DNA of 64,000 bases from Waterburya sp. GTDB taxonomy: Bacteria > Cyanobacteriota > Cyanobacteriia > Cyanobacteriales > Xenococcaceae. Below, piece by piece: positions 53,480 to 64,000 of this stretch (its first letter is position 1; each line of letters begins with the position of its first letter). Where the stretch lies: positions 1 through 64,000 of the forward strand of contig CBDCJV010000002.1 of the NCBI GenBank assembly GCA_965217895.1, written 5' to 3'. Made by a program: the position numbers and the translations under genes. The notes under the pieces were generated by a model. It searched no databases, was not told where the DNA came from, and worked only from the letters and a program-made list of their open reading frames with translations.

Positions 53480-53623
53480 ACATACATAATTTAATTTAAA
53501 AAGCCTTTCTATTGTATCGAGCCGGGATCGAACGCGGGGGAAGTTGCGCCGCCAAGCAGCTTGTCCAACCACCATTTATTTCTCTGTCTGCGAAATGCCC
53601 GTTAAGATTTTTTAATTTATAGA

Positions 53624-53738
53624 TTAGGACTTACGCAGTTTAACAAGTTTTGCCCCCCTAGCCCCCCAAATTTGGGGGAACAAGAATTAAAAGTCCCCCA
53701 AGCTTGGGGGATTTAGGGGGCGAGTGCGTAAGCCCTAA
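53624..53738. repeat. MITE-like repeat, inverted homolog of 22710-22827
   Basis: TTAGGACTTACGCA...TGCGTAAGCCCTAA. Confidence 0.85.
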
Positions 53739-54024
53739 TAAATATTAAATTTCTAGTTATCTTTCTATTTTACTGTCCTCAATAAGCTGTTTCAATTCAA
53801 CAAGCTTTAATGGTTTTCCTCAGTGTTTTGAGTGCTTGTAGGTCTATCTGTTAGTTTTCACTATCTATTTGGGAACTCTTAAAAATAAGACTAAGGAAGT
53901 TCTCGTATTTCAGAATCAATCAACCCTTGGTTGCTCAGTTTGCCAAAGTACAGTAGTTATATCAAGCTACTAGCCTGAAAACACAACTTCTTAAATAAGT
54001 TAACTTATATTGAACTTACATAAA

Positions 54025-55704
54025 ATGGAATCAGCTAAAGTTGTTAATAAAATTCTGCTAGCTTCCCTTGCTTTTGGTGTAACCTTTGGTGTCGGAATGT
54101 TAGTAGCAAAAAATGAAAATTTTAAAAATGCCTTGATGGGTACAGGTGCAGCAGGATCTATGGCTTGCGTAGCGATCGCTTTAGCAGCTAACGGTAAAAA
54201 AGATTCTCAAGAAATTCAAAATGATAACGTATCAAATATTCAGCTATCCGAACTTAATAGTCAAAAATCTCAACTAGAGCAATCTTTAAACGAATCTACT
54301 GCAAAAATGGAAGCGGTAGAAATTGAAATCAACTCTCTACAAACCGAACACGATCAGCTATTAAGTGTAATTTCCAATTTAAATAATCAAAAGGAACAAC
54401 TAGAAGCAGAATCAAACAATTGGAATGAGAAAATTAATTCGGAAAAACAGGAATTAGAGGCAATAAGTAATCAGCTTATAACCAGTCAAAGACTGAAAGA
54501 AGAGTTAGACAAAAATATAGCTGACCTAGAAAGTCACAAGCAAAATTTAGACTTAGAGAAAGATAGTCTGCAAGCAGAAGCAGAAAAACTTTCATCTATG
54601 CAAGGACAACTGGATAATGTAATATCCCCCATTGAAGAAACTTCTACTAGTGTAGAAATTGAACAAGAATCAGAAGCACTATTTGATTCTGATGAATTTC
54701 TCGAAGAGGAAGATGAATCAGGAGAAAGTTTGGAAACAGAGATAAATCCATTTGCTAGCTTTTCTGAGGAATCGACAACAAACATAACTGAAAATACTTC
54801 AGATCTAGAATTAGCAGATCGACTACTTGGCTCATTTGATGAATCAGAGCTTCAATCATCTGATGACGTATCATCAACAATAGAAAATGTAATTGAAGAG
54901 TCTAATTTTGAATTAGAAGAAGAAACTTCTAATTCAGATGTATATGAAAATTTTTATCAATCTGATAAAGAGGAATCTTTGGCTGAAGTTGAATCTGACG
55001 ATTTGATCGGAGAATTTGAAGACGACAACTCCACGCAAAAACTAAGCTTTGATGAATCTCCCGAAGCCGAGTCTGATGAATTGATCATGGGGTTTGAGGA
55101 TGATGACAACTCTTCAGAAGCATTTAGTCTAGAGTCCGAGTCTGAAGAATTAAGCTTTGATGAATCTCCTGAAGCCGAAGCTGATGAATTGATGATGGGG
55201 TTTGATGATGGTAGTGAATCAGAGTCACAAGCATTTAGCCTAGAGTCCGAGTCTGAAGAATTGAGCTTTGATGAATCTCCTGAAGCCGAAGCTGATGAAT
55301 TGATGATGGGGTTTGATGATGGTAGTGAATCAGAGTCACAAGTATTTAGCCTAGAGTCCGAGTCTAAAGAATTAAGCTTTGATGAATCTCCCGAAGCCGA
55401 AGCTGATGAATTAATGATGGGATTTGAAGATGATGACAACTCTTCAGAGGAAATGAGCTTTGATGAATCTCCCGAAGCTGAATCTGATGAATTAATCATG
55501 GGATTTGAAGATGATGACTTGATACAAACAGATGAAGAATTAGATGATTTAAGTTCTTTAGAGTCAGTTGAAGAACAAATTGATATGTTGACTCAAATGT
55601 CTGATGAATCATTAGGAGAATTAAACGATTTATTAGATTCTGTCAAAGTAGACGATACTGAAGAAGAAAATCAAAAACTACATGAAATATATCGAGAAGA
55701 TTAA
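54025..55704 (+). CDS. Membrane-anchored coiled-coil protein with very acidic repeats
   Basis: Two N-terminal hydrophobic segments; SFDESPEAE.DEL.MGF x5. Confidence 0.7.
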   Translation: MESAKVVNKILLASLAFGVTFGVGMLVAKNENFKNALMGTGAAGSMACVAIALAANGKKDSQEIQNDNVSNIQLSELNSQKSQLEQSLNESTAKMEAVEIEINSLQTEHDQLLSVISNLNNQKEQLEAESNNWNEKINSEKQELEAISNQLITSQRLKEELDKNIADLESHKQNLDLEKDSLQAEAEKLSSMQGQLDNVISPIEETSTSVEIEQESEALFDSDEFLEEEDESGESLETEINPFASFSEESTTNITENTSDLELADRLLGSFDESELQSSDDVSSTIENVIEESNFELEEETSNSDVYENFYQSDKEESLAEVESDDLIGEFEDDNSTQKLSFDESPEAESDELIMGFEDDDNSSEAFSLESESEELSFDESPEAEADELMMGFDDGSESESQAFSLESESEELSFDESPEAEADELMMGFDDGSESESQVFSLESESKELSFDESPEAEADELMMGFEDDDNSSEEMSFDESPEAESDELIMGFEDDDLIQTDEELDDLSSLESVEEQIDMLTQMSDESLGELNDLLDSVKVDDTEEENQKLHEIYRED

Positions 55705-55835
55705 ACCTAATTTCTAATCATGCTTTTGTTCATCAAACATTTTGTACAAAGACTCAGAAAAACCTGGGTCTTTTTTTATCGCTTTGCAATTCAAACATGA
55801 AGAATTGATAAACTGAATATTACACAGAGCAATCA

Positions 55836-56633
55836 ATGAGCATAGTAGAGACAAATATGGGAAGCGAACAAATTACTTTACTCTCTAGTCGAGAAATTGA
55901 AAAGATGCGTCGAGCAGGAGCTTTAGCCGCAGAACTACTAGATTTCTTAGCACCAATGGTTAAACCTGGAGTAACTACCATAGAAATTAATGATGCCGCC
56001 GAGAAATGGACACAGGAAAGAGGTGCAATTAGCGCACCTTTGGGATATGGTCCTACAGATAATCCTTTTACTGCTTCAGTTTGCACCAGCGTTAATGAGG
56101 TGATTTGTCATGGAATTCCTAACGCTAAACAAATACTAAAAAATGGCGACATTATTAATATTGATGTAACCCCGATTGTAGATGGCTATCATGGCGACAC
56201 TTCTAGAACTTTTTTTGTTGGTACTCCTTCGGATACAGCTAAAAAACTGGTTGAAGTCACAGAAGAATGTTTAAAAAGAGGAATCGCAGCCGTAAAACCA
56301 GGTGCCAGAATTTATGATATTGGCATAGCAATTCAACAGTATGCTGAGTCACAAGGTTTTTCTGTAGTCAGAGATTTTGTAGGGCATGGAGTTAGCCATA
56401 TTTTTCATACCGCACCTCAAATTCCCCACTATCACGATCCAAGACAGAAACGGAAATTCAAACCAGGAATGGTATTTACTATTGAACCAATGATTAACGA
56501 AGGGACTTGGGAAGCTGTGATGCTTGATGATGGTTGGACAGCAGTTACCAAAGATGGCAGGCTTTCTGCTCAATTTGAACATACCATTGCAGTTACCAAA
56601 GACGGGGTGGACATCTTAACTTTACCGAATTAA
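55836..56633 (+). CDS. map: Methionine aminopeptidase type I
   Basis: CHGIP, GHGV, FTIEPM, SAQFEHT. Confidence 0.95.
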   Translation: MSIVETNMGSEQITLLSSREIEKMRRAGALAAELLDFLAPMVKPGVTTIEINDAAEKWTQERGAISAPLGYGPTDNPFTASVCTSVNEVICHGIPNAKQILKNGDIINIDVTPIVDGYHGDTSRTFFVGTPSDTAKKLVEVTEECLKRGIAAVKPGARIYDIGIAIQQYAESQGFSVVRDFVGHGVSHIFHTAPQIPHYHDPRQKRKFKPGMVFTIEPMINEGTWEAVMLDDGWTAVTKDGRLSAQFEHTIAVTKDGVDILTLPN

Positions 56634-57565
56634 TATTCTGAACGACGAATATTAAAACAGCACCAGTCTTTTCTTTTCCACAGTGCTGCAACAGTCCATC
56701 CCTGCTGTTCTACAACATCAGCGACCCGATCGGCTTGAGTTAATAAAATTCCACTTAAAATTGCCCAGCTTTTTTCGTGGGTAATGTTATTGAAATGAAT
56801 AACCAAATCGACGATGGTATCAGCAAGAATATTACAAATAATGCCATCAAATTTTTTATCTACTTCAATTAATTGTTCAATGCTACCATCGCGGACAATC
56901 AAATTATCCCGATTGACTTGGTTTAATTGACAATTACCTCGGCAAGTTTTGGTAGCTAATGCGTCAGTATCAACTGCATAAACTTGCTTTGCACCAAGCA
57001 TAATTGAACCTATAGACAAAATTCCCGATCCACAACCTATATCTGCTATGGTCTGGCTTTGGGGGTTTTCATACAGTCGCATCTCTAGAGATTCAAGACA
57101 CAATTGTGTAGTAGGATGAGTTCCTGTTCCAAAAGCTGCGCCAGGATCGAGACGCAAAACCAATTTATCAGATTTCTCTGGAGGAGTTTCCCAAGCTGGA
57201 TAAATCAAAAAGAGATCGCCAATTTCCATGGGTTGCCAGTGCTGCTTCCAGCTACTTGCCCAGTCTTCTTCATTTATTAAATGCCATTGAGCTTCTGGAA
57301 CTGATACTTCTAATAATTTGGCATCTTGCTCTAACCAAGAGGATAAAGCTGCCAAATCTAGTAGCTGAGTTGTTATTTCAGGAATATACGTCCGAATTAA
57401 GATTTGTCGATCTGTTATTAGTTCCGACTCTGAATTATTTTCGTTGTTTAAAATTTTGACTTCAGTAGCTGTTCCAGAACAACCAAACTTTTCAAGTCTC
57501 CAAAAGACTGATTCTTCCAGTATTGGTTCGCATTTTATGACGATCTCCCACCAGCGATTAGACAT
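56630..57565 (-). CDS. prmA: Ribosomal protein L11 methyltransferase
   Basis: [25 protein letters not shown]. Confidence 0.95.
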   Translation of the reverse strand: MSNRWWEIVIKCEPILEESVFWRLEKFGCSGTATEVKILNNENNSESELITDRQILIRTYIPEITTQLLDLAALSSWLEQDAKLLEVSVPEAQWHLINEEDWASSWKQHWQPMEIGDLFLIYPAWETPPEKSDKLVLRLDPGAAFGTGTHPTTQLCLESLEMRLYENPQSQTIADIGCGSGILSIGSIMLGAKQVYAVDTDALATKTCRGNCQLNQVNRDNLIVRDGSIEQLIEVDKKFDGIICNILADTIVDLVIHFNNITHEKSWAILSGILLTQADRVADVVEQQGWTVAALWKRKDWCCFNIRRSEY

Positions 57566-58116
57566 GAATTTTCTTAGGTTATGAGTTTTATACGGATTAT
57601 CTAACGTTGAACCTGAATGGTATTTTTTAACCAACGATCTGTAGTCATTTTCGCTATCTAAATACCGATTTAAATTTTAAATATGACAGATGATTTGTGT
57701 AGAGGCTATTCGCAAATAACCTCTACAAGGTATATGTAAGAAATACTGTTTAATTTGGTATAAGTTTGATCTTGCTCAACAGGACAGCAAAGTAATCTAT
57801 GACTATTGAGGCTTATAATGTAATTAGGCATTTTTTGACTTAGTTATTTTAGTGATCTCAGAGCCAAATAAGCAAAAGATAGTCTTTTCCTCACTACTGT
57901 ATGCCAAGATTTCAGCTTTACCCACTTTTTATGGTTCTGTTGATAGTTTTCCCAATATTGTTAAACAATTCATCAATACTAAAGAATTTAAGTCAGTAAG
58001 TTGTTTAAATCTTATTCGCCTAACAATAAAATTGGCGAAATCTACGATAACTTAAAAGTCAATAGTAGATTTCACCAATAAATATTACCTAGACATTATC
58101 TTGACGCGATGATTAA

Positions 58117-59712
58117 TTATGCAGATAACTTCACAGTATAAGCATCTCTAATCCCGTCTACCTTAGTGATTTCTTGCAAAATGCCTTCAGGTAATGGATC
58201 GTCTAAGCTTAGAACCATTACTGCTTCTCCTCTAACAATCTTACGACCAACCTGCATACTGGCAATATTGACGTTATAACTACCCAATAAAGAGCCAATT
58301 TTGCCGATAATTCCTGGCATATCTCTATGAAGAGTAAACAACATATAATCGTTAGGTGGAACGTTGATGGGAAACTCATCTAAGCTGGTAATTCGTATTT
58401 CCCCTTCACTTAACAACGCTCCTGTAACTGAATGCTTACCGTTGGCTCCTTGAGCTTCTATACGCAGAGAACCTCCAGAATAGTCACGGGTCGAGCTATC
58501 TTTAGTTTCAATAACTCTAATGCCTCTTTCTTGGGCTTCTATTGCTGCGTTGACATAATTAACCCTCTCTCTCAAAGCCTCGGATAGCAATCCTTTTAAA
58601 GCAGCAACAATTAGTGGTTGACTATCGTTGTTAGCCAATTCTCCCTGTAGACGAATATTTAACTGGTCAATTCTTCCTCCAGCTAACTGACCAGCCATTG
58701 TGCCTAAAGTCTCTGCTAATCTTAAGTATGGTCGTAGTTTTTCCATTACATCTGGGTTCAAACCAGGAATGTTAACTGCCGAACGAGCAGGAAGACCTAA
58801 CAAAACATCTCTTATCTGCTCTGCAACATCGATCGCCACATTTACCTGAGCTTCTGCTGTGGAAGCTCCTAAATGAGGGGTCAGAACTAAATTTGAACCA
58901 ACTACCGTCAACGCTGATTCTCCTAAAGGTTCATTGGCATAAACATCTAAAGCAGCACCACCAATTTTTCCTGCTTGAAGTGCTTCTGCCAAGGCAACTT
59001 CATCAATAATGCCACCACGAGCGCAGTTAATAATACGAGCATGAGGCTTCATTTTAGCTAGTGCTTCGGCATTAATCAAATTGGCAGTTTCTGGAGTTTT
59101 GGGAATGTGCAGAGTAATATAATCTGCTTCTTTAAAAAGCAAATCTAAATCTACCAGGCTACAGCCTAGTCTTTCTGCTCTTTCTGCTGAAACAAATGGA
59201 TCGTAAGCCAGTAATTTCATGTCCATTGCCCGTGCCACCTTAGCAACGTGCGCGCCAATTTTTCCTAAACCAACTACACCAAGAGTTTTCTTGTAAACTT
59301 CATTACCAACGAATTTCTTACGCTCCCATTTGCCACTTTTGACAGATTGGTTGGCATCAGGAATTTGGCGAGATAAAGCTAGCATCATTGCTAAAGCGTG
59401 TTCGGCAGCAGCAATAGTATTCCCTTCTGGAGAGTTGACCACGACAATACCATGACGCGTAGCAGCTTTAACATCAATGTTGTCTACTCCTACTCCTGCA
59501 CGCCCAATAATTTTGAGGTTTGTACCAGCTTCAATAACCTCTGCTGTAACTTTAGTACCCGATCGCAACATTAAAGCATCATATTCGGGAATTATTTTGA
59601 TTAGTTCTTCTAAAGGTAACTTGGTTTTTACGTCTACTTCGGCGACTTGAGAGATAATATCGATACCAGCTTGATCGATAGGATCGGAGACGAGAACTTT
59701 TGCCATAGTCAT
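58117..59712 (-). CDS. serA: D-3-phosphoglycerate dehydrogenase
   Basis: GRAGVGVDN, TPHLGAST, C-terminal ACT domain. Confidence 0.96.
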   Translation of the reverse strand: MTMAKVLVSDPIDQAGIDIISQVAEVDVKTKLPLEELIKIIPEYDALMLRSGTKVTAEVIEAGTNLKIIGRAGVGVDNIDVKAATRHGIVVVNSPEGNTIAAAEHALAMMLALSRQIPDANQSVKSGKWERKKFVGNEVYKKTLGVVGLGKIGAHVAKVARAMDMKLLAYDPFVSAERAERLGCSLVDLDLLFKEADYITLHIPKTPETANLINAEALAKMKPHARIINCARGGIIDEVALAEALQAGKIGGAALDVYANEPLGESALTVVGSNLVLTPHLGASTAEAQVNVAIDVAEQIRDVLLGLPARSAVNIPGLNPDVMEKLRPYLRLAETLGTMAGQLAGGRIDQLNIRLQGELANNDSQPLIVAALKGLLSEALRERVNYVNAAIEAQERGIRVIETKDSSTRDYSGGSLRIEAQGANGKHSVTGALLSEGEIRITSLDEFPINVPPNDYMLFTLHRDMPGIIGKIGSLLGSYNVNIASMQVGRKIVRGEAVMVLSLDDPLPEGILQEITKVDGIRDAYTVKLSA

Positions 59713-59986
59713 GAATTGTAGTCTAATTCCCTTGCGTCTTGTTTTTTCACCTATAAACTCAATTCTTTATGCTTGAGAGTAGCAAAACATTCGCCACTCT
59801 CACCAATATTTTCAAACCTCTTGCTCTAGGTTTTTGTTATTGCTTGAGTCAGTGCAATAGACCATTGTAAAGGTAAAAGTAGCTTGGAGTTTATTTTTGT
59901 TAAGAATATTTTGGATTTGCTGTTGCTCTCTTATATTGATTGATCTCAAAAAACTTAGACCTTTTCAGCTCAAAAATAGCTGATAG

Positions 59987-61477
59987 CTACACGGCTTGAG
60001 GCAAAAGCTTTGCTAGGGCTTCAATTTTTTGACGTAGACTCACTAATATTTTTTTGAGCCATAAGGGTGTTGACGATTTTGGCTCTGATTTTAATGTATC
60101 GGCTGATTCAGTTTCTGGAATTCTAATGGTAATCTGCTGTTGGGTTATTTCTACGGATTCAGGTTGAGGTATTTCAATTTTTGCTAATGGCTCTGATCGA
60201 TCTGAATTGGTTTCATTTTTTTTTGTTTTATCTGTGTTGACCTTCTCTATTTTTGGTTCAAGGTCTTTGTTGCCAGAAGAATAGTTAAAGTTATCTGCTT
60301 GTTTTTCTTGAGTAATTACTTGATTGTTAATGTTAGTTGTTGGCTCAATAGTTGTTTGTACCTCATCGCTGTTTTCGGGCGTTAATTTTGAATCTTCACT
60401 GTTTGGATTAGGAGTAATCATGCCGATTGAATTAGACTGGTCGCTTAATTGCTCTTCGTTTTTTATTTCTGGCTCAGGTTTAACAATGTTTGCTGAATTC
60501 TCAGCAGCATTTTCCAACTCAATTAATTCTTCTGGTGTTTGGATAGTTTCTAGTATTTTTACAGGCTGAATACTATCTTTTTCTATTATGGATTGAGCTT
60601 CGGCTAAAGATACTTGATTAGTTACTAACAGGTCTAAAGTATTTTGTTGCTGGGGATCGTAATTAATTACCCTCACCGTATTATTGAAACTATTTTCAAT
60701 GTCATTGCCAGCTTCATCAATTAATTCTAGCTGAATCCAATTTTCACCTAATTTTAATCCTGTTAAATAAACAGGCTGCCAATTTTCGAGCATAAAACTT
60801 TCTCCGTTTACTGTTGCTCTGATACGCCAATCTTTTAGATTAGGATTACTTTTGGCGATCGCGTGTAAAGGGGCATTTGTTAAATAAAAATCAATTAAGA
60901 ATGGTTCTGCACCATAAGTTCCTGTGGGATTGCTATAGGTCAGCAAAGGCAAATTAGGATCGGTACGATTGTTGTTGGTTTCTGTGATTACACTAAAGGT
61001 TACTTGAGCATAAGCACCATCATTTTTGAAGCTTTCTCCCCAGGGACGAGAGGCAAATACTCTCAAACTATGAGTTCCAGGGCTTAAATCCTTGAGAATA
61101 ATCGGTTTTTCTAAATCGTATATTGATTGAGAGGGCTGATTATCTAAAATCAAAGCTAAATGATTTCCTAGTTTTAATTTTTTGTCTTGAAAGATTGGTA
61201 AATCCTTTACCTGTAGCTGAACACTGATATCTGTTTGCTTAAACACTTTGTCGGCTTGAGGAGCAATAATCCTTACTTGAGGAGTAAATTTTTCTAGGTC
61301 TTGGTTTAACTCCTTGATGATTTTAGGCGTGGCTGTTTCAGCTAGATTACTGTTGGTAGCATTTACAAATATGGTGTTTCCCAGGCGATCGCTAAAAGAA
61401 TTATCCACATTTACTTGTCCGCAACTTATTAAACAACTCAAACAGGCTAACAATAAACAAAATCTAATAGTATTCAT
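59987..61477 (-). CDS. Hypothetical lipoprotein with low-complexity C-terminus
   Basis: LISC lipobox; PGTHSLRVFASRPWGESFKN. Confidence 0.7.
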   Translation of the reverse strand: MNTIRFCLLLACLSCLISCGQVNVDNSFSDRLGNTIFVNATNSNLAETATPKIIKELNQDLEKFTPQVRIIAPQADKVFKQTDISVQLQVKDLPIFQDKKLKLGNHLALILDNQPSQSIYDLEKPIILKDLSPGTHSLRVFASRPWGESFKNDGAYAQVTFSVITETNNNRTDPNLPLLTYSNPTGTYGAEPFLIDFYLTNAPLHAIAKSNPNLKDWRIRATVNGESFMLENWQPVYLTGLKLGENWIQLELIDEAGNDIENSFNNTVRVINYDPQQQNTLDLLVTNQVSLAEAQSIIEKDSIQPVKILETIQTPEELIELENAAENSANIVKPEPEIKNEEQLSDQSNSIGMITPNPNSEDSKLTPENSDEVQTTIEPTTNINNQVITQEKQADNFNYSSGNKDLEPKIEKVNTDKTKKNETNSDRSEPLAKIEIPQPESVEITQQQITIRIPETESADTLKSEPKSSTPLWLKKILVSLRQKIEALAKLLPQAV

Positions 61478-61906
61478 CGATCCTTATCTATAACTTATTC
61501 ATAAAAAGCTTGGGAAATCTTTTAACTGAATCCATACCAGCTTTCCCCCTATTACTAAATTACATCAGGATAGTAGCGATTTTGAGTCAGAGGGTTATAT
61601 TGTCGTTTGTAAAGATTTTTTGTTTTTTGTATACTTTTGCCTGAAAATGTCTGAGGTGCAAACCTAGTCAGATCAATAGTCGCGTCCATTTAAAATTTTG
61701 TTAAGCTTTACCTATGTTGCTGAATTCTAAGTCTTATGATCAGATACAGTAATGCCTGTAGCTCGAAACCTAAAAACTATTAGGAGAAAGCAAGCTAAGG
61801 TTATATAAAAAGCAGTGATTTTCGCTCTTTTTACATAATAAAAAACTTGTTCTTCGGAGCAAGAAAATCTAAATCTAAAATCTATTGCCCTGAGAGGAGA
61901 ATCCTC

Positions 61907-64000
61907 ATGACAATCAGTCCTCAAAAAGAAGAGGCGAAAGTCAAGGTAACAGTTGATGTAGATCCAGTTCCTACTTCTTTCGAGAAGTGGGGCAAGCCAG
62001 GTCACTTTGACCGAACTTTAGCCAGAGGTCCTAAGACTACAACCTGGATCTGGAATCTTCACGCTGATGCTCACGATTTTGACAGTCATACCAGTGACTT
62101 AGAAGATATTTCGCGAAAAATATTTAGCGCACACTTTGGTCACCTCGCGGTGGTTTTTGTCTGGTTGAGCGGAATGTATTTCCACGGAGCCCGCTTTTCT
62201 AACTATGAAGCATGGCTTCTCGATCCAACCGCTATTAAGCCTAGTGCGCAGGTAGTCTGGCCCATTGTTGGTCAGGATATTCTTAATGCCGACGTTGGCG
62301 GTGGATTCCACGGAATTCAAATCACGTCTGGCTTCTTTTACCTTTGGAGAGCTTCTGGATTCACTAATAGCTTCCAGTTATACTGCACTGCTATTGGTGG
62401 TTTAGTGATGGCAGGTCTAATGATCTTTGCTGGCTGGTTTCACTACCACAAGAGAGCTCCTAAGCTGGAATGGTTCCAAAACGTGGAATCAATGATGAAT
62501 CACCACTTGGCTGGTTTGTTAGGCTTGGGTTCTCTAGGTTGGGCTGGACACCAAATCCACGTATCTCTACCAATCAACAAACTGTTAGATGCGGGAGTTG
62601 CCCCAGCAGACATTCCTCTGCCTCATGAGTTCATCTTAAATAAAGATTTGATGACGGAATTATACCCAAGTTTTGCAGAGGGTCTAAGACCTTTCTTCAC
62701 GCTTAACTGGGGCGTATATTCTGACTTTTTGACTTTTAAAGGTGGACTGAATCCTGTGACAGGCGGTTTGTGGCTATCAGATACAGCACACCATCACTTG
62801 GCGATCGCTGTCCTGTTTATTATCGCTGGTCATATGTACCGTACCAACTTTGGTATTGGTCACAGCATGAAAGAAATTTTAGATGGACATAAAGGCGATC
62901 CCCTATTGTTTGGTGGAGAAGGTCATAGAGGTCTATATGAAATCTTGACTACTTCATGGCACGCTCAGTTGGCAGTTAACCTTGCTATGCTAGGTTCTCT
63001 AACGATTATCGTGGCGCAGCATATGTACGCGATGCCTCCCTATCCGTATATGGCGACTGACTATGCTACTCAAATATCGCTGTTTACTCACCATATGTGG
63101 ATTGGTGCCTTCTTGATTGTTGGTGCGGGAGCGCACGCAGCTATTTATATGGTGCGTGACTACGACCCAGCCAAGAATGTAAATAACGTAGTTGACCGCG
63201 TACTTCGCGTTCGCGATGCAATTATTTCTCACCTTAATTGGGTCTGTATTTTCCTTGGCTTCCACAGCTTTGGTTTATATATTCATAATGACACCATGAG
63301 AGCTTTGGGTCGTCCCCAAGATATGTTCTCAGATACGGCGATTCAGCTACAGCCAATTTTTGCCCAGTGGGTACAGAATATTCATACTCTTGCTCCTGGT
63401 AATACTGCTCCTACAGCTTTAGAGCCAGTTAGCTATGCTTTTGGCGGTGGTGTAGTTGCAGTTGGTGGCAAAGTGGCAATGATGCCGATTGCTTTGGGTA
63501 CTGCTGACTTTATGGTTCACCACATCCACGCATTTACTATCCACGTAACTGTTTTAATTCTGTTAAAAGGCGTTCTCTACGCTCGTAGTTCTCGCTTGAT
63601 TCCAGATAAAGGCAACCTTGGTTTCCGCTTCCCTTGTGACGGACCTGGTCGTGGTGGTACTTGTCAAGTATCAGCTTGGGATCATGTATTCCTAGGCTTG
63701 TTCTGGATGTACAACTCTATCTCTGTAGTAATTTTTCACTTCAGTTGGAAGATGCAGTCGGATGTATGGGGAACGGTAGCACCAGATGGTACGGTGTCTC
63801 ATATTACGGCAGGCAACTTTGCTCAAAGTGCAATTTGTATTAACGGCTGGTTACGTGATTTCTTGTGGGCGCAGGCTTCTCAAGTTATCAATAGCTATGG
63901 TTCGGCTTTATCTGCTTATGGAATTATGTTCTTAGCAGGTCACTTTGTCTTTGCTTTTAGTCTCATGTTCCTCTTTAGTGGACGTGGCTACTGGCAAGAG
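61907..64000 (+). CDS. psaA: Photosystem I P700 apoprotein A1 (runs off window end; absent from ORF track)
   Basis: MTISP...[15 protein letters not shown]...; [23 protein letters not shown]. Confidence 0.98.
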   Translation, partial: MTISPQKEEAKVKVTVDVDPVPTSFEKWGKPGHFDRTLARGPKTTTWIWNLHADAHDFDSHTSDLEDISRKIFSAHFGHLAVVFVWLSGMYFHGARFSNYEAWLLDPTAIKPSAQVVWPIVGQDILNADVGGGFHGIQITSGFFYLWRASGFTNSFQLYCTAIGGLVMAGLMIFAGWFHYHKRAPKLEWFQNVESMMNHHLAGLLGLGSLGWAGHQIHVSLPINKLLDAGVAPADIPLPHEFILNKDLMTELYPSFAEGLRPFFTLNWGVYSDFLTFKGGLNPVTGGLWLSDTAHHHLAIAVLFIIAGHMYRTNFGIGHSMKEILDGHKGDPLLFGGEGHRGLYEILTTSWHAQLAVNLAMLGSLTIIVAQHMYAMPPYPYMATDYATQISLFTHHMWIGAFLIVGAGAHAAIYMVRDYDPAKNVNNVVDRVLRVRDAIISHLNWVCIFLGFHSFGLYIHNDTMRALGRPQDMFSDTAIQLQPIFAQWVQNIHTLAPGNTAPTALEPVSYAFGGGVVAVGGKVAMMPIALGTADFMVHHIHAFTIHVTVLILLKGVLYARSSRLIPDKGNLGFRFPCDGPGRGGTCQVSAWDHVFLGLFWMYNSISVVIFHFSWKMQSDVWGTVAPDGTVSHITAGNFAQSAICINGWLRDFLWAQASQVINSYGSALSAYGIMFLAGHFVFAFSLMFLFSGRGYWQE

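Noticed and set aside
54534..55499. Ser-rich minus-strand ORFs
   Set aside because: Antisense shadows of the acidic repeat gene
61727..63843. Short ORFs listed near the window end
   Set aside because: They overlap psaA, which the track missed because it has no stop in the window

Overview
Cyanobacterial chromosome window (photosystem genes psaC and psaA, pipX, frequent HIP1 GCGATCGC) with two tRNA-integrated elements. Element 1 (about 219-15383, tRNA-Leu UAA) is a 15-kb prophage-like element. It has a frameshifted tyrosine integrase, several RHH-like regulators, a block of unrecognised genes, a phage lysozyme plus spanin-like gene, a nuclease and a P-loop ATPase, but I see no terminase, portal, tail or known capsid gene. 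Element 2 (about 45796-49674, tRNA-Ser UGA) is a 3.8-kb element with a Rep_trans-like initiator, many hairpins and an integrase whose reading frame runs into the att copy. The two elements share near-identical 128-bp and 330-bp segments and six copies of a 29-bp motif, suggesting a helper/satellite pair or a related element family. The rest is mostly housekeeping DNA, plus a group II intron, a stand-alone formyltransferase-A-T-TE NRPS, an isolated dndE and several MITE/REP-like repeats. All calls were made by eye, without database searches.
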